From NCBI GenBank assembly GCA_020891255.1, contig BQFW01000014.1, forward strand, positions 496,001 through 560,000: DNA of 64,000 nucleotides, read 5' to 3'. Below are positions 11,625 through 21,979 of this stretch, one piece after another; the stretch's first letter is position 1; each line of letters opens with the position of its first letter. This DNA comes from Entomortierella parvispora E1425. Lineage: Eukaryota > Fungi > Mortierellomycota. The notes beneath the pieces are model-generated. The model ran no database searches, was not told the DNA's origin, and saw only the letters and a list, made by a program, of their open reading frames with translations. Both the position numbers and the translations under genes were made by a program.

Positions 11625-14110
11625 CTATGAGGGCCTATTGCCTGGGATTTTGATCATGAAATCGTACAAGAGCACGGTATCGAGCCAATCGCAGGCGGCA
11701 TTGTGCTGGTTGTAAGATAGGGTACTCTCGATGTTAAAGTCCAAGGTCGGACTGGATCTACTGGTAGGGACCCAGTCGACACTTGTCACGTCTGGATTTA
11801 ACAACTCAAGCCCAGGCATACCCGGCTTGGGGTTTGGATTCCCAGTCTTTGCAAACGTCGTCCATCGATCTACAACCTGTCTAGCGAACCGAGAATCATC
11901 CCCCGTCTGCGAAAAGAGCGGAACGACAGCTCCACTCGCAAACACATCTTGGAGCTCGGCGCCGTGGCAAACGCGCCCGGTGCTCATCGAACAGAATTTT
12001 CCACCAACCACTGGAAGATCACGGCCGTGATTGAACTGAAAGTTGTATGTGGGCTTGAACTTGACCATCTCGCGACTGATGTATCGAAGTGGGCAGAGAA
12101 AGTAGTAATCGGTAGCAAATTTGGTCCACTGCTTCCTCACCGTGTCCGGATCGCTAGGGTCTGGCTCGTAGAAAGACGAGTTGATCACAGCCGCGGCTCT
12201 GCTGGCATCCAAGGTAATCTCGAACGTACTCAGCATCTTTTCAATGGGGATCGGGTCTGGGGCATACAGACCAATAAACATGCCAGCATCGTCCTTGTTC
12301 GCGCCCCACATGATATCGGCTTTGGTGTTGTACTTGCCGGTCTTGACCAACTGTGAAAAGTCGGCGGGGATGAGCTCTCCATCAATGACAGGTCTTTGGA
12401 TCAGGGCAAACGTCACCCATTTGTTCTCGGCCAAGAATTGAGCATTGGACTTTTGCTGGGCTTCCACTATATCGTTTGTTGACTTTGATCGGGCACAGGC
12501 GAGGTCCGTGACCCCGCATCCAAGATGTTGCATGAACGCGTCTGTCATCTTGGCAGCGTCCGCAGGGAGCATATATGGAAGGTCCATGGGATCTGATTCG
12601 CCAGCAACACGTTTGTACAGATCAAATGTTGATGGATTGGAAAGGAAGGTGCGAAGACTAGTGGCCCCAGAAGACTGACCAAAGATGGTCACCATGTCGG
12701 GATCACCTCCAAAGGAAGCAATGTTCTTTTGGACCCACTTCAGCGCCAAGATCTGATCGCGGATGGCTTGGTTTCCAGGAACAGTGTTACGGTCCCAGGT
12801 GTTAATGTTTTCCATCCAACCAAGCATACCAAGACGATAGTTGAAGGTGACAACCACGACGCCACCACGGGAAACCAAATTACCGGGCTCAAAAATGATG
12901 AGCGATCCAGAGTAGCTAATGGCGAGAGGGAAGAATGGGCAAGCTGGTTAGATGTCTTGCCTACCGATGGATGGGCATTGGTCCTCTCGAATACAATGAT
13001 GGATATCCTACTTGGTGAATCCACTGCTGTGGATAAAGAAAAGAACCGGAAGCGGAGCTTCTCCTGCACCCTTGAGGCTTGGAGTATAGACGTTCAGATG
13101 CAAGCAGTCCTCCGACACGGTAGCCTGGTTTATGAGGTCCGTCACGACAGCACTAATCACACCTGATGATGCTCCTATCTGTGGACAAAACGCTTTGTAG
13201 TCGATGGCATCAAAGGTACCCGTGAATGGGGCCTTGGCCACTGGTGCAGCGAAGCGAAGGTCGCCCACGGGTGCCTCGGCGTAGGGGATTCCCAGAAAAC
13301 GAAAAGAGTCTCGGTTTCTCGATCCTTGAATCTGGCCCACGGGCGTGTTGACTCGGACTTGGCGCAGGGTGTTGCTAATCAAAAGCCTATGGCGTCCCAC
13401 ATTGTTGAGGCACACGGATGGCAATGGTGTACTGCAGGCAAGGCTCTCGGTCGTTCCTGTTTTCTTGTTCACTGCCAGACAGTTTCCAAAGAGACCCGGG
13501 ACGAGATTGTAAACCCAGAACTGAGTGTGTGCGTCGACTTCTGGCTGCGCTGGCGCGTTGTGGTTCAAAAGCGATACCAATTCCGATGCGCTCGATGTTC
13601 CTGAAATAAACATGAATCCGCCTAGAAAGAAAGTAACATGGTGTTAAGACTTTGGCTCGTATAGACACTTGGGCTCGATGAATCAGGACGGCTTCTTTTG
13701 TTTGCCCTAGTCAGTTGCTCGGGGAGTGGGAAGAGGGGCTTACCATCTCCAACACTCACACAATCGTTCATTCCTATCATAAAAATGAAGAAAGGGCAGG
13801 TTTAGCCGGCGTTGGAAAGAAAGCAGCCTTTTTCTCATGATCGATGAACAAAGACTGGTATTGTCGAACAATCTGTACCGTCATAGTAGCTCCTTGGATG
13901 GGATAAAAGAATGAATGCATGATCATTGGAGCTGGCAGAGTCAACATCGTTATTGAATAGTAGGTGGACACCATCTATAGCACTGGACAATGGCGCACCG
14001 GGGAGGAGAAATCTTTTGCCGACTCTCTTGACTGGCGCTGCGCCTGTGAGTAGAGCCTGACTCGCCAAGATTGTGGCGACGACGACCGTGACAAGTTTCC
14101 TGAACATCAT
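11625..14110 (-). CDS. Secreted type-B carboxylesterase, tandem copy 4
   Basis: Exons 14110..13879, 13773..13744 (30 nt), 13621..13012, 12915..11625. Motifs: FLGIPYAEAPVGDLRF, EDCLHLNVYTP, HSSG, GQSSG, GANKDD, RVCHGAEL. Confidence 0.93.
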
Positions 14111-14806
14111 GGCTTTCGGACTTTTTGAAACCTTTTGAAAATGACAAGAAAGAGAAAAAAAGAGATAGCGAAAGAGGGTGGAAGTCGAGGATCAATGCCC
14201 CAAGCAGAGGCAGAAAGCACTAAATTTTGTGGCTGCAATGGTCCAGTCCTCGAAGGGTGAAAGATCCCAAAGCGCTTGTAAAACTCGGAGGTGGTAAGCT
14301 GTTGCCTTGTTTTGCAAAAAAAAAAAAAAAAAAAAAAAAACTGTGAATGGAGTTGGCGCCCCCCATTTGCCCAGGCCCGTCCGTCCTTTCTCACAACGGT
14401 CAGAGACACAACTCCTGGTCGGTGGCAAGTACAAGCGGAGACGGAGAGGGCAGCAGGAGAAGAAAAAAATAAGGAGGGAAGAGTTTTCAAAAAGAGAGCT
14501 AGGGCGACCAAGGGACGTGACAAGTCGAGGAGTTTGTCGGAAACAAACGTGGATTGGATCAAGGAGTACAACCAGCCCTTCAGCAACATGACAAAAAGAC
14601 GGATTGAAGGAAGGGAGGCAATTGAATGTCTCCAGCTGTGTTGATCCTCATCGCTTCGTTGTTCAACTTGTTCAGCGGCTGGTGAATAGAATATGTTACA
14701 AGGTATATTAGGGGAGTGTTGGGTCTATGCTACAAGTACACGGGGTTGTTTGGTCGAGTAAGGTGCTCCAAAAGATAGAACATCCTTGAGTAAGATCATC
14801 CTTCAA

Positions 14807-15987
14807 TTATTGTCCGAGCTCGAGATCCTTCATGCTCGCTGGTCGACTGTGTTCGGACTGACTGATGCTCTGGTAGCGGTTCTTCTGGTTCGCCGCCAGC
14901 AAACTCTTTCGCTCATCCTTGTTGTGCTTGCCTTTGATGAGAATGCTGGCGAGTCCGTTTGGGGAACTGCTGTTGTTGTCGTTGTTGTTGGCCTCGACCA
15001 TGGACAGAGGGGCGTAAAAGTCTTCTCTGTTCCTGTACAAGACGAAGTGCTGGGTCATGAAGATCAGATCGAACGCAATGCTCAAAAAGCCCAAGCCAAA
15101 CTTGACTGGGTCACCCGAGATGCCTGACCAGTCACCCGAGAGCGAGCTATCGAGCACTAATTGTCCGATGCTCAAAACGCCGCCCGTGAAGTCCAGCAGG
15201 ATGTTGTGGATGGACCAGCCCACAGTCGACTTTGCGGTAAAGTTGAGATACAGCTGAGGGCAGTACTTCAAGAAGGAGATGCCCAGCTTGATGTAGCTGA
15301 GGTAGTAGAGAAGGTCGATCCACTGCGAAGTGCCTGCAACCACGGAAGCCGAGACAAGTCCTGCGCCGATGAGGGAGATCAGAATAAGGACCTTTGTTGG
15401 GCCCGCTACCTTTTGATCCTGGTCACGCTATTTGCATCAGGTTATTTGTTGTTGTTGGAAGAGAAGAAGAGAAGAGAGGAAAAGAGAAGAATGATTAATC
15501 ATCGGTTCAGCCGCAGAGAGATGCATGGCCCACGCGTGCCCGGTGTGCTGATGCAGTAAATAGTTCGGTCACACAGAGCCAAAAATGAGGATGGCGTGCT
15601 CAAAAAAACTTTTTAGGGGCGGAGATCCATCCATACCTTGTAGATGAAGCTCTGGAAGAGGGTGACGCTCGAGAGGACCAGGGCATGCACGGCAAAGATA
15701 ACATCGTTGGCCCGCACCAGGTTGTCCTGGCCGTCGTTTCTCTGTCGGTATTCCTCCTGGACCTGCTCGCTAAAGAAGAACGCGAGGTTGAAGACCGAGT
15801 AGAACAGGAAGCCGACCACGTTCAGGGCGAGAAAGTCGAGCGACAGGCCTTGGACAGACTTGCGCCGGTAGTTGTAGATGGCTTGCGGGTAAAAGGAAGC
15901 GGACCAGGCAAAGAAGTAGGCCCAGCCGATCAAGTGCGAGATCCATGGGCCAAGGCCCGTCTGTGTTGCTGAAGCGACGGCGTCCAT
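14807..15987 (-). CDS. ERS1: Cystinosin/ERS1-like PQ-loop lysosomal/vacuolar cystine transporter
   Basis: Exons 15987..15637 and 15427..14807. Two PQ motifs ([17 protein letters not shown]), [37 protein letters not shown]. The tail has the sorting-like motifs ERKSLL and YQSI. Confidence 0.92.
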
Positions 15988-16427
15988 TGAGGATGTTGTG
16001 GTAGTGCTGCGAGAGTGGAGTTCGAGCAGGGATATCAGTAGTGCACTCACGGTGACAAGAGAGTGAGGGGGAGAGAGATGGGAATGGTGGAGCGACAGAG
16101 ATGGAGACAAAGACGAGAGAGAGGAAGGGTACCGTATCGAGCGAGAAGAAAAGACAGAGAGTGAAGGGAAAAAAGTGTGGAGAAGCTCCTTTATACCATT
16201 CCGCAGACCCCATCGCACAAAGATTGATTTCAAAGACGTGCCCCAAGCACGCCATCGCCTCGAATGATGAAATTTTTTGATGATTAATGCCACGGGCGTG
16301 CGTCCCTTTATGGAAATGGATGGCCATGGCTGGCTGCGGGGTGCAGGATGTTGCTTCCCTTCCCTCTTCTCTTGTCAATAGACTATGTATATGTACCGGT
16401 ACGAAACCTATTTCTACCCAAAGTCAC

Positions 16428-17735
16428 CTAGAAGCCGCCAACGTCCAGCAATTGCACTTTCAGGTCCCTGTTCTCACTCTCCAGCGAGTCCACATACTCG
16501 GAGGCCTGCGCGTGCTGCATGCTCAGTGCACGGAACTTGACAAGCAGCTTTTGATGCTCTGCCGACAGATCGTATCCTACACTGTTCAGTACCACACCTT
16601 GCTGTTGCTGCTGTTGCGATGGCGACGGTGGAACGAGACTGCTTCCGGTCCTGATGCTGGAATCTGACAATGACGACGGAACGGTCCCCCGTGAAGTTGT
16701 CGCCCTGGCTGATGTAGCAGAGGGGGAGGCAGAGCCAGCAGGCATGTTGTTCCTCTGCCATTGAGCCCTCTCGCGCTCAAGGCTCGACACCTCTGATCCC
16801 AGACGATCGATCTTTTGCATCAGTTCGAGAATCTGAGCCTCCTTTTGTGCATTCGCCTCCTCTAACGCTTGCACCCTCGTCTCCTTCCGATCGTCATCCT
16901 CTGACTGCCTCATAAAGTCGACCACACGGTTCACTGGACTATGAGCACGGCGGGGTCGAGACTCGTCCTCCTTGTTGTTGTTGTTGTTGTCCCCCGCACT
17001 GACCACGTTGCCCTTGCCCGCCCCGACAGAGACCACGGCGGCCTGCACCACCAATTCCGTCGAGACGGCCCTGGACGCCTGAATCTCCTGAACCAACTCC
17101 TCGATCCGTTTCGCCTTCTCCTCCACCTCCTTTTCCTTCTCACCCAGCCTGGTCTTCCAGTCCTGGCATTCCAGGACCTTGACGCCCATCTCGAATTCAC
17201 ACGTCTGGACCACCTGCTTCAAATCTTCCATATTCTTTTCATGGTTCTCTATCAGATTCTTGATCTCGAGTCTCTGTCCATGGATCTGGCGATTGGCCAG
17301 GATCAATTCCTCCTTCAATCCTGTCAGATACCGTTCCAGTTCGACGATCTTGGCTCTAAAAGTCGCGTTGTCCTTTGAGAGCTTCTTGTTGCCCAGACTA
17401 GGGAACCGACCCAGTCCACTGCTGCCGCTGGTGTCCTTGTGGTTGTTGTAATGATGGTTGCTAGAGGACTTTGGGGAGTGGGGGGCCGCGGACAAGGAGG
17501 CCGAACCATTGAGAGGCCGTGTCGCTGTGCGAGTGAGGGCCGTCATGGGAGGGAGGTTCTTGTCTGAAAAAGCGATGGGGTCCTCCGTGGAGCCCGTGGT
17601 AGAGGCAGAGGACGCTGTGGATTTGTGATGCTGTGGGCGATCAGAAGGGTGGGGAGGGGTGGTAGGAGCCTGTTGTGTGCCTGGGACGAGAATGGGTGCA
17701 GAGATGGACTGCATGCTTACGTCGGATGAAGGCAT
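16428..17735 (-). CDS. Hypothetical coiled-coil protein, 435 aa
   Basis: Single long ORF with an ATG start. A Ser/Pro-rich N-terminus is followed by heptad-rich segments (FRAKIVELERYLTGLKEELILANRQ..., LEEANAQKEAQILELMQKIDRL..., AEHQKLLVKF...LESENRDLK). No family recognised. Confidence 0.75.
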   Translation of the reverse strand: MPSSDVSMQSISAPILVPGTQQAPTTPPHPSDRPQHHKSTASSASTTGSTEDPIAFSDKNLPPMTALTRTATRPLNGSASLSAAPHSPKSSSNHHYNNHKDTSGSSGLGRFPSLGNKKLSKDNATFRAKIVELERYLTGLKEELILANRQIHGQRLEIKNLIENHEKNMEDLKQVVQTCEFEMGVKVLECQDWKTRLGEKEKEVEEKAKRIEELVQEIQASRAVSTELVVQAAVVSVGAGKGNVVSAGDNNNNNKEDESRPRRAHSPVNRVVDFMRQSEDDDRKETRVQALEEANAQKEAQILELMQKIDRLGSEVSSLERERAQWQRNNMPAGSASPSATSARATTSRGTVPSSLSDSSIRTGSSLVPPSPSQQQQQQGVVLNSVGYDLSAEHQKLLVKFRALSMQHAQASEYVDSLESENRDLKVQLLDVGGF

Positions 17736-18959
17736 TCAAAAGACTTTCCAGAAAAGACAGGGGATAATAGATATGTTGAAAAGGGTATTACCGCCGCAAT
17801 TTGATTGACAGCTTTGAAGCAGGGTTTGTAGTGAAAAAGCGGCGAGGTTATGGACGAAAAGAGTGGATGCACGGTGGGATGATAAAAAAGACAGAAAAGG
17901 ACGGAAGAAAAGGCAAAGGCGAGTAGAAGGAATATTGGGATTCAAAAGAAAGAAAAGTCCTTATCCGAAGATTGCGTACGACGTTCCTTGAGCTTTGGAA
18001 GTCTAGCGCAAAGAAAAAAAGAAAAAAAAAGAAAAAAAAACACGGAGTCATCCTTAGCAATTAGGAGCGTCCATTGGGGAGTTAGGGAGTCAAGCCCGAT
18101 ACCAATAATAACAAACGCCCTTCTCGGCAAGGCAGAGTCGTGGAGGAGCCCAGGCAGGGCACTGTGCAGAGTTAGCTGTGAAATGTCGTCAGGCAAATGA
18201 AGCAAAGCCGGACAGGGACAAAAGGGTTCGTGAAGGCAGGGTCACCTTGCGCATTGCGGGATAGTTTGCAGCTGGGATGAACCCTTGCAGGGGCCAGAGA
18301 GGAAATACCATCTCCCATCTCTTTATCCTTCTTCCATCTATCTCTCCCCTCTGTATCGTCCGACACCCCCCAATGAAAAGCCACTTTAACAAAGCTATAC
18401 TCTTCTCCCTACTTTCTCAAGGAGATGATACAAGAGACGGAGCGAGAGAAGAGGGAAGAGGGAAGAGAGGGAAGGAAAGCACGGTCCACTCTTTTGGGTA
18501 TCATATCATCATCATCGCGCTTGGTTACTGCAAACATTACATAGTTGCGAGATAGAGAGAGAGCGGGGCCATCAAGGTCCCATTTCGTTGCGCTGTTTTA
18601 AGGAGTCGTTCAGTTGGAGTAAAGCCACATTTGCGGGGGACCAGCCATGGTGCATGCATGTCCAATATGGATAAAAAAGGCCCCACACACCAGATGGCGA
18701 TTTATCATGCGGAAAAGGAGGGAGCCCGTGATCAGGTCTAGACCTTGTCTCTGTCAGCGCCTCGTGGTCCCAGCCACGTATCCCGCACATGGCGAACGCT
18801 TGAAGGACGTTATTAGTTTTTTTTATTTCATTACATTACACAGTTACACATAGAAAAGCACACGGTCGAGGCGTTTGTCTTTGCTTGGATGGGCATGTCG
18901 AGAAAACGTCCTTTGGTGCGTTGGTATCTTTTTTCTATTTCTTTGCGCATTTTTTTTTT

Positions 18960-21208
18960 TCACGACACGAATCGCAAGTCGACCAGATCCAGTGGTCCAG
19001 CCTCGGATTGATCCTCCTCGTCTTCCTCAAAGATTGTTTCGCCCACACAGTTCCCTCCTTTCTTTGCCGCTGTAGAGGAGGCTGCAGCGGATTCCAGGGC
19101 CCACAAGCGTCTCCTGTTCTTCTTTGCCAGCGCGACCTCCGCTCGCTTCACCATGTTCTCGCGGTACTGTTCCAGGGCCTCCTCCAAGTTGGCGTTCCAC
19201 ACCTCGTGCAAGAAAGGTGAATCTGCGAAGGCGTAGACGTGGTATTCCAGTTGCTCAAACTCTAGAGGATCATGTTCAAACAGTTCGGCCTTCTGGGACA
19301 GATCCACGGCCTGTTGAGAGAGCACAATCGAGAATCCGTTGGCGCCCACATCCACCTTGTCGTAATCGGGAAGCTGTACACCTTGGATGTGGCCCAAGGA
19401 GATGGTCGCGACGGGGTCGCGTTTCAATTGGTACTCAGCATCGTACAGCTTGATTGCGCTACCCTCCAAGACTGCCCAATATCTCTTCCATGCCTACGTG
19501 GGGAATGAGATTGGAGTCAGTAAAATCGCAATTATCAGTACAGCCCGAAAAAAGAAAAAAAAAAAATGAAAGCAAATGACAAAAGCTCTAGAGACAACTT
19601 ACAGAACGACGGGTGCCACGAGTCATGACGGTCAAGTTTCCTTGATAAAGCGTTTCTGTTTCCCAGGTCCGATCCTCAACTGGCTCCTTCAACACATGAA
19701 CACCCATCATCAGGATAATCTCACAGTCGGTCTTTTCCTTCGCGTGCAAGGATGTGGGCGTTCGACTGGAGTGAGGCGTGCTGGTGGTCGTAGCAGGGGA
19801 CGCTGCCCCGTCCGTCAAGGTCGAAGGATGCTGGACCCTCTTCAGTTTGAATGTTCGAATGGAATTATCCATGGACTCGAGGGGCATGTCCAACTGAAGC
19901 TGTCCCAGATGCACCCGCTGTGTGTTGGAGAAGCCAGCCATGGTTCCGAATTTGGTTGCGATGGGTGTACCTGTGACCTCAATCTCAAGTTGAGACGGAG
20001 CATTGACATCAAACAAAAACACCTCGTTCATCGTCGCCGTGTTGCCAGGGTTATCCTTGAACGATCGCGTTGGGTGCGAAGACCGCTCGGCAGAGCCAAC
20101 TCGCAAGTTGCATTCGATATCAAAGACCTTGGCGCTCGCTCGGTTGCTAACCTGCATCACTAGTAGCACCAGTCATAAAAAAAAATATAGTCATCACAAT
20201 GATCAGTCATCGGGAAAAGACTGGATCAGTACCATGAGCTGGGGCATTCTGGGACCTAAGGAAACGCCTTTTTTCCTGTCCATGCTTACATTTGATAAAG
20301 ACAAGGCCTGTTGCCTCGTTCAGGTTGTGATAACCAGACTTCTCAGTGCTATTACAAGATATTCCAATGTGACACAGATAAAACGAACAAAAGTTTTGTC
20401 AGCAAGACTCCCTCACAAACCCATCGCCGATGCTGAAAGAGAGAGGCCAGGGGGGCAAAAAAATCAAACGGTTTTCTTACGGCGCAGCGTTGGGAACATG
20501 CAGACCCGCCTCCTCGTATCCTTCCACAGTATCCCAAGCAGTTTGAGTCTTCAAGATATCCGTATTCGCGCTTGATCCCGCAGATGTTGCTCCATGGCCT
20601 GTTCCCTTCGCTGCAGCAGTTCCATGGCTTAAGCACTGGAGAACCCAAGCATGTCGTTCCTTTGAGAATTGGTCCAATGAGGCCACAGAAGGCGGGCAGT
20701 GGATCAAAGCCGGTTGTTCTTCCTTGGGAAATCTTCCCACCACTCCAGTCTTGTTTGAAGGACTCGCTGGGCTACGAGGGCTCTTCAAAAAATTCAGCGC
20801 CTTTGCACCCGTTGAGATCTTGAGTCCTTTAGACAATGGGTGAAAGTAGGAGGGTTGCTGCTGTTGAGATTGAAGAGATCCAACAAAGGAGCCGTTGGAA
20901 GAGGAGAACGATCGGCTGTCCTCTGAGGAGGACTTGCTGATGGTCGAAAGGGAAAAGTTGTGAAGGGAGACAGAGTCGGAAGTGGAGGACGACAGAGGTG
21001 CACTGTGGTCCTTCCCACTGTGGGACTGGGGGCTAGGTTGATGAGAGTGGTTGTGAGGAGGGCACCCATCCAGGCCAGAGACAGTAAGGCCAGGGAGACC
21101 AGTGATGTGGGCCTTCTTTGCGGACTTTTTGCTTAGGTAGTTGTTGACGGGCATCACCAGAGCATCCTGGAGGTCCTTGCCGAAGCGCTTGAAGGCGTCG
21201 TTCTGCAT
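18960..21208 (-). CDS. Anillin-like protein (disordered N-terminus, C2-like/anillin-homology region, C-terminal PH domain)
   Basis: Exons 21208..20481, 20348..20290, 20159..19603, 19493..18960 join in frame. C2-like GLVFIKLMQV...TATMNEVFLFDV. PH domain YQGNLTV...AWKRYWAVLEGSAIKLYD...FADS...EVW. The first intron boundary is the least certain. Confidence 0.75.
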
Positions 21209-21979
21209 AGTTTGCAATGGGTCTGTTACGTAGGGATGGTTGGTTGTTGAGAATATATAAACTATAGGTAGATATGATCTTCGGGGGGCTTTTTTCAGGT
21301 ACAAGGGCAAACGCGTGCCTTTAGGTCTAGGAGGATGCGATTTGGACAGCCAAGGAAAGGTTGGGAGGAGGGAGGAGAGTAAGAAAGAGATTGAATGGAC
21401 AGAAAAGAGAGAGTAAGAAGGAAAAAAACGGCAGGACGGACGGCAAAACGGTTCTCTCAAGAGACGTTGAACTTGCTGCTTTCCCATCTGCCCTGCAGAA
21501 CTTTTGCCATCGTCGTTCAAACTTGCTTGTCCGTTGGTGGCAGAAACCTAAATCGCATGATGAAATGCATGAAATCGCCCAACTTGTGCGATAGCAGAGA
21601 TTGTCGCAAAGATCTACCTACCTCTTTTTGGACCCCCCACCCGCTCCCTGTTTTCTTCCTCTTCTATCTCTACTCTTTGTTTCAGTCTGGTGGTGTCAGT
21701 GCGCCTCATAACCGACTAGCTTCTCATGCACGGCCTTGTGACGATTAGCAGAGTAGGATGACAAAAGATACAAAACTAGATCGTCCAGATTCCAGACCGG
21801 ATTAGAACTGGACTTTTCCATCCAAGCTATCTTTTCTCGTCTTCTCTTCTTTCATTCTAGTTTATGTCTGGCTTCAACAGAGGCCGCGATGTTTTCATCT
21901 CCTTTAAAGAATATTAGGAAGCTGTTCTGGACAGTGTTTATTTCATTCTGTATATGTGCGATGGGAGTCCTGCATCCAT

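Noticed and set aside
15988-16293. In-frame upstream extension of the cystinosin ORF
   Set aside because: It translates a CT-rich leader and is not needed for the family architecture. It shows that such extensions arise by chance, which is the null model for the Dicer finding.
20290-20350. CTGAGA...AACCTGA resembling a TPP riboswitch core (minus strand)
   Set aside because: It lacks the remaining TPP helices and consensus, and coincides with a coding exon (TEKSGYHNLNEATG).
20417-20432. Possible 16-nt micro-exon inside the first intron of the anillin-like gene
   Set aside because: With the strong gtaaga donor it shifts the frame to a stop and needs an intron of only about 48 nt. A single 132-nt intron is simpler.
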